From an uncultured Acidobacteriota bacterium (lineage in GTDB: Bacteria; Acidobacteriota; Thermoanaerobaculia; Multivoradales; UBA5704), in assembly GCA_963700145.1 (NCBI GenBank), contig OY969474.1, positions 2,464,001 through 2,528,000 of the forward strand: a DNA stretch of 64,000 bases, written 5' to 3'. Under the pieces are notes generated by a model. The model was given only the letters and a program-made list of their open reading frames with translations. It searched no databases and had not been told where the DNA came from. The first letter of the stretch is position 1. Every line of letters starts with the position of its first letter. Both the position numbers and the translations under genes were made by a program. Shown here piece after piece: positions 1 through 9,485 of this stretch.

Positions 1-43
1 TGCGGCTCCTCGGCGGCGAGCCCCAGCACCTGCCTCCGGTTCA

Positions 44-1948
44 TCATGGCTCGCGCTCCTCCTCCTGGTCCTCCTGGAAGCTCGAGGCGGCGGGCCGCGA
101 CTCGAGGTGCGGCGGCGCCGCTTCGGTGCCGTAGACCGCCGAGGCCGGCCGCGAGCCCACGAAGCCCTGGCCGGGCTCGACGATGTCCCAGCGCACCATC
201 ATCGAGTGGTCCTCGTGCACCACGTTGTGGCAGTGCATGACGTACTTGCCGAGGAAGTCGGTCCAGCGCATCACCACCTTGATCTCGTCGCCGGGCAGCA
301 GCGTCGCCACGTCGCGCCGCTTGCCGCCCATGAAGCGCTTGATCGGCTTGGGCTTGGGCCCGCCGTCGAAGTAAGGGACGTGGACCTCCTCCCCCTCGTG
401 CCAGTCCTGCACCCAGCTGCGGTCGAAGGGCACGCCGTTGACCTCGAGGATCAGGAACTCGGTGAAGTGGCTGTGGATGGGGTGCGACCAGGAGTTGCCG
501 CCGTTGCGGAAGATCCACACCTCCGCCGTCCCCTGCTCGATGCCGGCGTCGATGCGGTTGGGGTCGAAGACCTTGCCGTTGACCGTCCACAGGCCGCCGT
601 CGTAGTCGAACTCCCACACCCGCTCGCGGCGGATCTCGCCCGGGTCGATGCGCGGCCACTCGCGGAGCTTGTCGGGGATGCGGCTGGGGTCGGGGCCGGT
701 GGCCTCGACGACCCGGAACTGGATGAGCGGATCGCCGGGGTCGAGCATGCGCCCCGAGGGGCCCTTGCCGTTGGTCTGTTCGAGGCGGTTGACGATCTCC
801 ACCCTGTCCCCGACCCGGTACTTCGAGAAGTCGAGGATGACGTCGACGCGCTGGGCGACCGAGAGGAAGATGCTCTCGGCTTCCAGCGGCCGCGGCAGGA
901 TGTTGCCGTCGCCGCTGATGACGGTGAAGGGACGGCCGTTCGAGAGGAAGATCTGGTAGAAGCGCGACGGCCCGCCGTTCAGGATGCGGAAGCGGTACTT
1001 GCGCCGCTCGACCTCGAAGTGAGGCTGGATGCGGCGGTTGACGGTGTAGCGGTCGCCCAGGATGCCGTCGGTGTTGAACGGGTTCCAGCGCACCTGGCCG
1101 TTCGCGTCGAACATCACGTCGTGGAGGATCAACGGCACGTCGTACTTGCCGCTCGGCAGGCCCCAGGCGGGTGGCGGGTCGTTCTCGTTGCCGGTGTCCT
1201 GCTCGTCGAAGAGGCAGTAGAAGCCGTCGAGCCCGGCGTAGACGTTGGCGGCGGTGAAGTCCAGGCGGTGGTCGTGGTACCAGAGGGTGGTGAGCTTCTC
1301 GCGCGGGTCGAAGTTGGACGGGAAGTTGGGGTAGTGGTGGTCCCAGAACTCGCCGGTGTCGATCCAGTCCTGCGGCGAGCCGTCGCTCTCAGAAGCGGTG
1401 TGGCCGTTGTGCAGGTGGCTGGTCGTCGAGGGCAGCGCGAAGGTGGCCTTGCTCACGCCGACCGGCGGCAGGTCGTTGTAGCGCCGCACCAGGATCGGCT
1501 CGCCGTAGCGTGCGTGGTAGGTGGGGCCGGGGGTCGAGCCGTTGAAGCCCCACGACCCGCTGCCGGTTTTCCACGGCGGGCCGTCGGTGGCCCACGTCGG
1601 GCTGCCGTCGCCGTAGGGCGGGTCCGGGTGGTAGGACCAGACGAACTCCTGCTCGTGGATCTCGTAGAGCTTCTGCGGCGGGAACTCCGCGTAGCGCTGG
1701 TGGGCGCGCGGATCGGGCGGCGGGTCGAGCTTCGCGACCGGCTGCATGATCGGCGGCACGAAGAGCGGTGCCTTGAAGGGCGTCGCCGGCGGGCTCGGGG
1801 TGGCGAGGTCGGGCGGCTCGCCGTCGGGCGGGCAGAGGAACTTGAGCAGATCGCTCGGGTCGGCGGCCGCGGCGCGCCGGGCGAGGAGCCCGGAACCGCC
1901 GGCCACCAACCCGAGCTTGAGGACCTCCCTCCGTCGGATCATCGTCAC
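44..1948 (-). CDS. Multicopper oxidase (CotA/bilirubin oxidase-like), Tat-exported
   Basis: RRREVLK twin-arginine signal; Cu motifs HLHNG, WYHDH, HPIHSH, HCHNVVHEDHSMM. Confidence 0.93.
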   Translation of the reverse strand: MTMIRRREVLKLGLVAGGSGLLARRAAAADPSDLLKFLCPPDGEPPDLATPSPPATPFKAPLFVPPIMQPVAKLDPPPDPRAHQRYAEFPPQKLYEIHEQEFVWSYHPDPPYGDGSPTWATDGPPWKTGSGSWGFNGSTPGPTYHARYGEPILVRRYNDLPPVGVSKATFALPSTTSHLHNGHTASESDGSPQDWIDTGEFWDHHYPNFPSNFDPREKLTTLWYHDHRLDFTAANVYAGLDGFYCLFDEQDTGNENDPPPAWGLPSGKYDVPLILHDVMFDANGQVRWNPFNTDGILGDRYTVNRRIQPHFEVERRKYRFRILNGGPSRFYQIFLSNGRPFTVISGDGNILPRPLEAESIFLSVAQRVDVILDFSKYRVGDRVEIVNRLEQTNGKGPSGRMLDPGDPLIQFRVVEATGPDPSRIPDKLREWPRIDPGEIRRERVWEFDYDGGLWTVNGKVFDPNRIDAGIEQGTAEVWIFRNGGNSWSHPIHSHFTEFLILEVNGVPFDRSWVQDWHEGEEVHVPYFDGGPKPKPIKRFMGGKRRDVATLLPGDEIKVVMRWTDFLGKYVMHCHNVVHEDHSMMVRWDIVEPGQGFVGSRPASAVYGTEAAPPHLESRPAASSFQEDQEEEREP

Positions 1949-1984
1949 CTCCGAAGAGCGGCTGCTGGGTCGATCTACCCTACT

Positions 1985-3583
1985 TCACTGACAGGCGAAC
2001 GCCTCAATGTCCTGCACCGGCTGGTACGCCTTCCCCTCCCGGTTGAAGTAGCGCCGCGTGTGACCGGTCTGGGTGTCGGTGACGGTGACCAGCACCTCGA
2101 CGTCGGTCAAGCCGCTGGCGAAGAACCAGAAGTTGTCGTTGATGACGCAGCCGTTGAGGACCTTCACCACCAGCTCGGTGTTGTCCTCGTTGAAGAACCA
2201 GAAGCGGCCGGAGTCGGCGGTGTCCGCGACGGCGAAGCCGTGGCCGCCGACGCCGCCGGTCTCCCACAGCGCCTCGACCTTGAAGCGTCCCCCCTGCAGG
2301 CAGAGGTTGGCGATGCCGGGCACGCAGGGCCCGATCGCGCCGAGCGGCCCGAGCTGGCCGAAGAAGACCAGGTCGCCCAGGTCCCGCCCGGTCTGCAGCC
2401 CGACCTGGTTGTCGTACTGCCAGTGGATGCCGCCGTAGATGCGGCTCTGCCCGGCCTCCGCGGCCGCCTGCGAGAAGCTGGTGAACGAGCGCGTGACGCC
2501 AGGCAGGCCGTCGGAGACAGTGCTGAAGGAGAAGTTGTCGGTGCCGAAGAACTGTCCGAGGACGCGCGCGGCGGCGCTGCTGAACGTGCTGTGCCCGGAG
2601 GTGTAGGCCGGGAAGGGGGGCGTGACGATGAGCGGCGTCCAGGCGGGGTCGGCAACGGTGTTCGGATTGCCGTCCTTGTCGGCGTTAGGGATGCCGGTGA
2701 AGGGCCGCCAGTGGTTGTAGGCGTACTTGTGGTCCCAGGAGACGATCGCCGCGTCGGCCTCGGCGATCGAAACCAGTGCCAGCAGGCGCGACTTGTCGAG
2801 CAGCGACAGCCCCTCCTCCTCGGCGATGCCCTGCGCGATCACCAGCCAGTGCCCGGGCGGGGTGGCCGTGCCCCCGCCGTCGGCCCAGAAGAGAGCGATC
2901 TGGGTCTGCTCGGCGGTGCGCTCGCTGCTGTCCACCCGGCCCAGCCGCTTCACCTCGTTGAAGGCGATCGTGTACTGGACGCTGGTGAGCGAGGGGGGCG
3001 GCCCCTCCCGGAGCTGCGAGCCGGTCTGCAGCGCCCAGGGCGTGACCAGCGGCCACTGCGGCAGCAGCGCGGCGGCGAAGGCGGGCCCGGTCGGGATCCA
3101 CCAGTTGGCGCCGTCGATGGTGTTGTAGGCGACGACCCGATCGTGGCCGTCGTCGGCGCGCAGGGCGAGGATCTGGTCGGCCACCTCCTGCCCCCAGTCG
3201 ACGCCGATGGCCGCCGCGTTGCCGTCGAGGATGGTCGCCAGCGAGGCCGCGAGAGCGGCGTCGAAGGCCGCCTGCTGCGCCGGGAAGAGCGCCGAGAGCG
3301 CGCGGTGCGCCGCGGCGGCCGCCGCTGCCTCCGGCGAGGCGCCGGCCGGGGCGTCGTCGGTGACGTGATACGGCGTGTAGCCGCCGAGGATGCCGACCAC
3401 GGCGTCGAAGATCGAGACGTGGACGATCGCCATGGCGCGGCTGGCGCGCGGCGGCGAGGTCCGGTCGGTGCGGACGGCGTCGAGCAGCTCCTCGTTCCAG
3501 TCCGAGACCACGTCGGCGCGCGCGGCGCCGGCGGCGCCGAGCAGCCCGGCACACAGCATGAGGACGAACAGCTTCCGGGACAT
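1985..3583 (-). CDS. Vanadium-dependent haloperoxidase/PAP2-family protein with ~110-aa C-terminal accessory domain
   Basis: Signal peptide; KYAYNHWRP, PPFPAYTSGHS and SRIYGGIH motifs; C-terminal LCLxGGRF..FWFF..VKVLNGC..FWFFASGLT domain. Confidence 0.88.
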   Translation of the reverse strand: MSRKLFVLMLCAGLLGAAGAARADVVSDWNEELLDAVRTDRTSPPRASRAMAIVHVSIFDAVVGILGGYTPYHVTDDAPAGASPEAAAAAAAHRALSALFPAQQAAFDAALAASLATILDGNAAAIGVDWGQEVADQILALRADDGHDRVVAYNTIDGANWWIPTGPAFAAALLPQWPLVTPWALQTGSQLREGPPPSLTSVQYTIAFNEVKRLGRVDSSERTAEQTQIALFWADGGGTATPPGHWLVIAQGIAEEEGLSLLDKSRLLALVSIAEADAAIVSWDHKYAYNHWRPFTGIPNADKDGNPNTVADPAWTPLIVTPPFPAYTSGHSTFSSAAARVLGQFFGTDNFSFSTVSDGLPGVTRSFTSFSQAAAEAGQSRIYGGIHWQYDNQVGLQTGRDLGDLVFFGQLGPLGAIGPCVPGIANLCLQGGRFKVEALWETGGVGGHGFAVADTADSGRFWFFNEDNTELVVKVLNGCVINDNFWFFASGLTDVEVLVTVTDTQTGHTRRYFNREGKAYQPVQDIEAFACQ

Positions 3584-3729
3584 AAGGCCTCCTTCAAGCC
3601 ACAGATCCGACGAGCGCCGCCCTCCAAGGGCGGCCGCGATACGCGATGACTGGGAGGGAATTTACAGGAACCGGCGCCGGAGTCGAGCCCGTCGCAGAGA
3701 GTATGAGCTGCGCATAACTCCTACGAGCG

Positions 3730-5184
3730 TCAGTAGCGCGGGACCGCCGGGTCGACCCGGGTGCTCCAGGCGTCGATGCCGCCGGCGAGGTTCCTGGCGC
3801 GGTCGTAGCCCATGCGGCGGAGGAAAGAGACCGCCTGCGCCGAGCGCATGCCGTGGTGGCAGTGGGCGACGATCGTGGCCGCCGGGTCGAGCTCGCCCAG
3901 CCGGTCGCGCAGCTCCTGGAGCGGGATGAGCCGCGCCCCTTCGATGCGCGCGATGTCGTGCTCCTGCGGCGACCGCACGTCGAGCACCACCACGTCGCGG
4001 CCCTCGTCGAGCCAGCGCTTCAGGTCCTCCGGCTGCACGTCGAAGTCGTCCGCCATCGCCTCCTCCGGCTGCGGCGCCACGCCGCAGAACTGCTCGTAGT
4101 CGATCAGGCCGCGCTGCGTCGGGTGCTCGGAGCAGACCGGGCAGGCGGGGTCCTTGCGCAGCTTGAGCTCGCGGAAGCGCATCTTGAGGGCGTCGAAGAG
4201 GACGAGGCGCCCGATCAGCGGCTCCCCCACCCCGACGACCAGCTTCACCACCTCGTTGGCCTGCAGCGCGCCGATGATCCCGGGCAGCACGCCGAGCACC
4301 CCGCCCTCGGCGCAGGAGGGCACCAGCCCGGGCGGCGGCGGCTCGGGGAAGAGGCAGCGGTAGCAGGGGCCGCGCGCCCCCCAGAAGATCGAGACCTGCC
4401 CCTCGAAGCGGAAGATCGAGCCGTAGACGTTGGGCTTCCCGGCCAGGACGCAAGCGTCGTTGACGAGATACCGGGTGGGGAAGTTGTCGGTGCCGTCCAC
4501 CACGATGTCGTAGCCGGCGAAGAGCTCGAGGGCGTTCTGCGAGGTGAGGCGCGTCTCGTGCGGCACGAGAGTCACGTGCGGGTTGACGTCGTGCAGGCGC
4601 TCGAGCGCCGCCTGGATCTTCGGGCGGCCGACGTCCGAGCGGCCGTAGAGCACCTGGCGGTGGAGGTTCGACTCGTCGACGACGTCGAAGTCGACCAGCC
4701 CGAGCTTGCCGACCCCGGCCGCCGCCAGGTAGAGGCCGAGGGGCGACCCCAGCCCGCCGGCGCCGATGAGCAAGACGCGCGAGGCCTTGAGCTTCCGCTG
4801 CCCCGCCATCCCCACCTCCGGCATGATGAGGTGGCGGCTGTAGTGGCGGATCTCGGAGGGCTCCAGCTCGGGCAGATCGGCGGCGGCCGCCGCCGGCGGC
4901 TCGGCCGCCACGCCGCCGGCGATGGACGGCACGATCGAGAGCGCGTCCCCGGCCGCCACCGGCGAGCGCTCGCGGTCGGCGAGGTAGCGCACGTCCTCGT
5001 CGTTGACGAAGACGTTGACGAAGCTGCGCAGGCGCCCGTCGTCGGTGTAGAGGTGGCGCTCGAGCCCTGGGTGGCGGCGGACGAGGTCGCGCAGCGCCTC
5101 CTCGACCGTCGCCCCCTCGACCGCGATCTCCCCCTGCTCGCCGGTGAAGCGGCGGAGCGGGGTCGGGACGTGGATGGTCGGCAT
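3730..5184 (-). CDS. moeB: ThiS/MoaD-like sulfur carrier fused to MoeB/ThiF adenylyltransferase and rhodanese
   Basis: N-terminal ubiquitin-like domain ending SIAGG; GAGGLGS, SNLHRQ, CYRC and CPVC motifs; C-terminal rhodanese CHHGMRS. Confidence 0.93.
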   Translation of the reverse strand: MPTIHVPTPLRRFTGEQGEIAVEGATVEEALRDLVRRHPGLERHLYTDDGRLRSFVNVFVNDEDVRYLADRERSPVAAGDALSIVPSIAGGVAAEPPAAAAADLPELEPSEIRHYSRHLIMPEVGMAGQRKLKASRVLLIGAGGLGSPLGLYLAAAGVGKLGLVDFDVVDESNLHRQVLYGRSDVGRPKIQAALERLHDVNPHVTLVPHETRLTSQNALELFAGYDIVVDGTDNFPTRYLVNDACVLAGKPNVYGSIFRFEGQVSIFWGARGPCYRCLFPEPPPPGLVPSCAEGGVLGVLPGIIGALQANEVVKLVVGVGEPLIGRLVLFDALKMRFRELKLRKDPACPVCSEHPTQRGLIDYEQFCGVAPQPEEAMADDFDVQPEDLKRWLDEGRDVVVLDVRSPQEHDIARIEGARLIPLQELRDRLGELDPAATIVAHCHHGMRSAQAVSFLRRMGYDRARNLAGGIDAWSTRVDPAVPRY

Positions 5185-5205
5185 GGGTGTCTCCTACTCC
5201 TATTC

Positions 5206-5688
5206 CTAGGGAGCGCTCTCGCTCCGCTCGGGGACCGGCGGGCCGGCCGCGGCCCTCTCCTCCGACTGGCGCTCGATCGGCTCTTCGACGAAGCCGGAGC
5301 GGTCGTCGGCGAGGCGCCAGCTCCGCACCTCGGAGGGCTTGCCGTCGGTCACCGCCACGATCAGGTACGACACCCCCGGCCAGGCGTTCTCGCGGTCGAA
5401 CTCGCTCGGCTGCGCCGGGTGGTCGGGGTGCGAGTGGTAGTAGCCGACGATCTCGAGTCCCGCCTCGCGCGCCGCGCGCTGCGCCGCGAGCACCGTCTCC
5501 GGGCCGATGACGAAGCGGTTGGCGCGGCTCTCCTCCCGCTCGTTGTCGGCCGGCACGATCCGCTGCACCAGCAGACGCTCGCCCTCGGCCTTGCCGAGGA
5601 GGATGCCGCAGCACTCCTCGGGGTAGGCCGCGGCGGCGTGCCGCTCGATGGCGGCCAGGTCGGAAGGCACGAGGACGAGGGCGGTCAT
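5206..5688 (-). CDS. mec: JAB/MPN+ (Mov34, M67) metallopeptidase, Mec-like
   Basis: YPEECCG and YHSHPDHPAQPSEFD JAMM motif; ATG overlaps cysM stop (ATGA). Confidence 0.9.
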   Translation of the reverse strand: MTALVLVPSDLAAIERHAAAAYPEECCGILLGKAEGERLLVQRIVPADNEREESRANRFVIGPETVLAAQRAAREAGLEIVGYYHSHPDHPAQPSEFDRENAWPGVSYLIVAVTDGKPSEVRSWRLADDRSGFVEEPIERQSEERAAAGPPVPERSESAP

Positions 5689-6671
5689 GACGGGCTCGCG
5701 GGCTCCTCCCAGAAGCGCTCGGACAGGTACTTGTCGGCGCCGTCGCAGAGGACCGTGACCAGCGTAGCACCCTCGCCGCCGCCGTCTTCTCCGTCGGCGG
5801 CGAGCCGCGCCGCCAGGCGGAGCGCCGCCGCCACGTTGGCGCCCGACGAGATCCCGGCCAGCACGCCGGCCTCGCGCGCCAGCCGGCGCACCATGGCGTG
5901 CGCCTCCTCGGTCGTCACCTCCCAGGCCTCGTCGGCCAGCGCCGGGTCGTAGATCGGCGGCACGATGGCCGAGGCCATGTGCTTCATCCCCTCGAGGCCG
6001 TGGAAGGCGCTGTCGGGTTCGACCGAGATCAGTCGCACGCCGGGCGCCCGCTCGCGGAGACACCGCCCCACCCCCATGAACGTGCCGCTGGTCCCCAGGC
6101 CGGCGATGAAGTGAGTGAGGCGGCCGCCGGTCTGCGCCCAGATCTCGGGGCCGGTCGAGCGGTAGTGGGCGCCCCAGTTCTCGGGGTTGGAGTACTGGTC
6201 GAGGTAGGCGTAGCGCGCGGGGTCGGCGGCGGCCAGGCGGCGGGCCTCGAGGATGGCGCCGTCGCTGCCGGTCAGCGGGTCGGTGAGGAGCAGCTCGACG
6301 CCGTAGGCGGCGAGGATGCGCTTCCGTTCCGGGCTGGCGTTGGCCGGCAGGCAGAGGGTCACCGGGATGCCGAGCGCGGCACCGATCATGGCGTAGGCGA
6401 TCCCCGTGTTGCCGGAGGTGGAGTCGAGGAGGCGGCGCGGGGCGCCCGGCGCGAGGAGCCCGCGGCGGACCGCGTCCTCGACCATGGCGAGCGCCGGGCG
6501 GTCCTTGACCGAGCCGCCGGGGTTGGCGAGCTCGGCCTTGGCGTAGAGGCGGACGCGCGGCGTCCCGGTCAGCTGCGAGAGGTCGAGGAGCGGGGTGCGG
6601 CCGATGAGGTCGAGCAGCCGGCGCGGCCCGTGGCCACCGGCGGGCGAGGTCTCGTCCTCAACCTGCGTCAT
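5685..6671 (-). CDS. cysM: PLP-dependent cysteine synthase (CysM-like)
   Basis: NPGGSVKDR, STSGNTG, GLGTSGT, GISSGAN motifs; start taken at ATG 6671. Confidence 0.9.
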   Translation of the reverse strand: MTQVEDETSPAGGHGPRRLLDLIGRTPLLDLSQLTGTPRVRLYAKAELANPGGSVKDRPALAMVEDAVRRGLLAPGAPRRLLDSTSGNTGIAYAMIGAALGIPVTLCLPANASPERKRILAAYGVELLLTDPLTGSDGAILEARRLAAADPARYAYLDQYSNPENWGAHYRSTGPEIWAQTGGRLTHFIAGLGTSGTFMGVGRCLRERAPGVRLISVEPDSAFHGLEGMKHMASAIVPPIYDPALADEAWEVTTEEAHAMVRRLAREAGVLAGISSGANVAAALRLAARLAADGEDGGGEGATLVTVLCDGADKYLSERFWEEPASPS

Positions 6672-6873
6672 CGAGAAGAGAGGAACCGGAGAGAGGGAGC
6701 TTCCACCTCCCAAGCTAACAGAGGTCGGCCCGAAGGGCAAGTGACTCGGGGGCCCACCGCCAATTGCCTGGCCGCCCGCGCAGGAAATGTGCGCCCTCTA
6801 CGCATGTTCAAATATCGAGACCCATCTTCTCTTCTTTTAGTGTACGATGATTCTTTCACCTAAAGGAGCCGCT

Positions 6874-7983
6874 ATGACCAAGTCGCGTTTGGTGCAGGCG
6901 CTTGCCGTCGTCCTGTTCTCCGCAACTGGAATCAGTGCCCAAGAGGTTCAGTTCACGCAACGATCGTTAGAGCGGATCGAGGGGAGCTTGCCCGAGAATG
7001 GAGTCGAGTTCTCATCGGTGCTGAAGCTGCCGGCACTTGCGGTCGTTGAGGTTCGACTCCCCACCGGGACGCTCGTTCGCGCCGAGATCGACTACGTGTC
7101 AGGGGATGTATTGGTGCAGAGCCTTGCGGGCGAGTCCGATGAACTGGTGCCTCTCGACTCCGACGATCCTTCCCTACTCGCGGCGCTGCTCGATGCCGTG
7201 GGTGATCCTCTGAGCCCGCGCGAGGAGACGCTGGCTCGCATGCTCGCCTTCGTCACAGCCTACCCATCGGGTGCCGTGATCGATGTCAACTCTGCCAGTG
7301 TGAAACAGGGACCGCGCGAGAAGGTAGTTAGCTCCCTCTGTGCGACTACCGGAAGCCAGCGTTCGGGCACCTTCGATGTCGGGACGAAGACCTATCGCCA
7401 GACGGCAAAGCTTGGACCCTGCTATAACCGCCAAAATCAGTGCATGGGGCGCTGTGGTCCTGGATGCAACGCGCCACCGAACCCCACGTTCCAGGTTTTT
7501 ACGCAGGACTGCCTGAACCATGATCTTTGTACCCTCAAGACCGGAACGATCTTCGGTGAATGCACGGACGAATGGCACGCTGCCGCCGACGATTTCCTGA
7601 GGGGGCGGGATTGCGGCGATCTCGATGGTACTTGGAAGGACAACTTCAATTACGTCTGGAAGCTGGTCCAGGGGCCCATTATCACAGGTACCGTTCAGGG
7701 AGCCGGTAGGGAGGCTCACTGCCGGCCTTGGAATGTCTCAGGGCTCCACACTGGAGACGACGTCTCCCTGGATGGCAACCGGCTCTTTCAGAAGGAGGGC
7801 TGCTGCCGGGCTTTTTCACTCAAGGGCGACATCACGACCTGCAGCAAAGCGAGCGGGACGTGGACAAATGTCTGCAGGGGAAGCGGAACGTGGACTCTGT
7901 CGCGCCAGGGCACCAGTGCCAAGCTTCAGTTCTTTGGGGACGACGGCGAGCCAAGCGCCGGCCCAGGGGCAGTGGAGGAATAG
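6874..7983 (+). CDS. Secreted Cys-rich hypothetical protein with a phospholipase A2-like motif; lower-GC insertion
   Basis: AAGGAG RBS, signal peptide, CMGRCGPGC..DCLNHDLC motif; less GC-biased codons than neighbours. Confidence 0.7.
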   Translation: MTKSRLVQALAVVLFSATGISAQEVQFTQRSLERIEGSLPENGVEFSSVLKLPALAVVEVRLPTGTLVRAEIDYVSGDVLVQSLAGESDELVPLDSDDPSLLAALLDAVGDPLSPREETLARMLAFVTAYPSGAVIDVNSASVKQGPREKVVSSLCATTGSQRSGTFDVGTKTYRQTAKLGPCYNRQNQCMGRCGPGCNAPPNPTFQVFTQDCLNHDLCTLKTGTIFGECTDEWHAAADDFLRGRDCGDLDGTWKDNFNYVWKLVQGPIITGTVQGAGREAHCRPWNVSGLHTGDDVSLDGNRLFQKEGCCRAFSLKGDITTCSKASGTWTNVCRGSGTWTLSRQGTSAKLQFFGDDGEPSAGPGAVEE

Positions 7984-7999
7984 CAGCGCGAAGAACGGC

Positions 8000-8500
8000 T
8001 CAGCCCGTCTTCTTCTCGCCCAGCTCGATCAGCGTCTCCGGCCGCGGCAGCGGCGCCACCAGCGCGGCCTCGACCGCCTCCTCCTCGAGCCCCTGCCGGT
8101 CGGAGGAGAGCCGCCAGGCGCGCGTCTCCACGACCTGCCCGGCCGAGATCGCGGTGAGCAGGTAGCTCATGCCCGGGCGCAGCGTCTCGAGCTCCAGCTC
8201 GCTCGGCGTCGCCGTCCCGCCGGCGCGCGCCAGGTAGTAGCCGACGACCTCCATCCCCAGCGACTGCGCCTCGTGCGCCGCGGCGGCGTGGGTCTCGGCC
8301 GGCACCGGGTCGGCGCCCTGACCTTCGCCGCCGCCGTCGGCCGGCTGCACCGCCAGGATCCGCTCGACGAAGATCTTCTCCAGGCCGTTGCGGTGCGGTC
8401 TGCCGATGAGGACGCCGCAGCACTCGCCGGGGTACGTCATGGCGGCGTGGCGCCCGATGGCGTGGAGGTGAGTGGGCGAGATCACGAGATGGCAGTTCAT
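8000..8500 (-). CDS. Catalytically degenerate JAB/MPN paralog
   Basis: YPGECCGVLIG retained, but YYLARAGGTATPSELE replaces YHSHP..PS..D; otherwise colinear with 5206..5688. Confidence 0.75.
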   Translation of the reverse strand: MNCHLVISPTHLHAIGRHAAMTYPGECCGVLIGRPHRNGLEKIFVERILAVQPADGGGEGQGADPVPAETHAAAAHEAQSLGMEVVGYYLARAGGTATPSELELETLRPGMSYLLTAISAGQVVETRAWRLSSDRQGLEEEAVEAALVAPLPRPETLIELGEKKTG

Positions 8501-8616
8501 ACCCGGTTGCAACCCCTCTCTCGGAGCGTCGTGGCCGGTCGGGCCACGCGATTACGCGTCGCCCCGGCCGCACTGCAAGAGCAGGGCCAGAGGCGTTTTC
8601 CTCTATCCTGCGCGGC

Positions 8617-9273
8617 ATGGACGACAGCGTCCGCACCGGGGGCGAGCGGGTGCCGCCCGGCCAGTACGTCACCGAGAAGTGGCCGGTCCTCACCTACGGC
8701 CCGGAGCCGCACGTCGATCCAAGCGAGTGGACGCTGCGCCTCTCCGGCCTGGTCGAGGAGGAGCTGGCGTGGAGGTGGGAGGAGTTCCAAGCGCTGCCGC
8801 GGGTGCGCGTCACGGCGGACTTCCACTGCGTCACCCGCTTCTCCACCCTCGACAACGCCTGGGAGGGTGTCGCCACCCGCGAGCTGCTGCGCCGGGCGCG
8901 CGTGCGGCCCGAGGCATCGCACGTCCTCGTCCACTGCCACGGCGGCTACACCACCAACCTCCCGCTCGAGGACTTCCTCTCCGAGCGCGCGCTGGTGGCC
9001 GACACCTGGCGCGGCCAGCCGCTAGCGGTCGAGCACGGCGGCCCGGCGCGGCTCGTCGTCCCCCACCTCTACGCCTGGAAGAGCGCCAAGTGGGTCAGCG
9101 GCTTCGAGCTCCTCGACGCCGACCGCCGCGGCTTCTGGGAGGAGAACGGCTACCACACCTACGGCGACCCCTGGCGCGAGGAGCGCTTCAGCTTCCAGGA
9201 AGTCAAAGAGGCCTACCAGGTCCGGCGGCGGGCGAAGGAGCTGGGGTTGGTGCCGGGCCGACCTCCTCAATGA
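8617..9273 (+). CDS. Sulfite oxidase-like molybdopterin oxidoreductase
   Basis: PPGQY, DFHCVTRFS, EHGGPARLVVP, WKSAKW, GFWEENGYH motifs. Confidence 0.9.
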   Translation: MDDSVRTGGERVPPGQYVTEKWPVLTYGPEPHVDPSEWTLRLSGLVEEELAWRWEEFQALPRVRVTADFHCVTRFSTLDNAWEGVATRELLRRARVRPEASHVLVHCHGGYTTNLPLEDFLSERALVADTWRGQPLAVEHGGPARLVVPHLYAWKSAKWVSGFELLDADRRGFWEENGYHTYGDPWREERFSFQEVKEAYQVRRRAKELGLVPGRPPQ

Positions 9274-9484
9274 CGTCGCTCTCCGCCGGCGCGAGGGTGA
9301 TCGTCAGCGGCCGGCCCACGGCCGCGGCTTCCTTCAAGAGGCGCAAGGACACCTCGAAGGACGGGCGTGCTCTCGGCAGGCGGTAGAAGCGGGCCGACTC
9401 GTAGAACATGACCTCGACGTGATCCGCCCCCGGCGGCTCGCGAACGTGAGCCACCGTCATCTCGCGCCGACTCATCCGCTCCAT
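9203..9484 (-). CDS. Small protein resembling the pro-domain of protein-glutaminase
   Basis: ATG one base after the glutaminase stop; VEVMFYESARFYRL..LLKEAAAVGRPLTITL pattern parallels the upstream gene's N-terminus. Confidence 0.6.
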   Translation of the reverse strand: MERMSRREMTVAHVREPPGADHVEVMFYESARFYRLPRARPSFEVSLRLLKEAAAVGRPLTITLAPAESDVIEEVGPAPTPAPSPAAGPGRPL

Positions 9485-9485
9485 C

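Noticed and set aside
107-3649. Very long opposite-strand or alternate-frame ORFs (also 29722..32988, 46602..49214, 46705..50238, 58510..61185)
   Set aside because: Shadow ORFs of high-GC coding DNA; no motifs, and they overlap well-supported genes
6680-6860. Possible riboswitch or structured RNA upstream of cysM
   Set aside because: Only a short gccc-gaa-gggc hairpin; no recognisable family consensus
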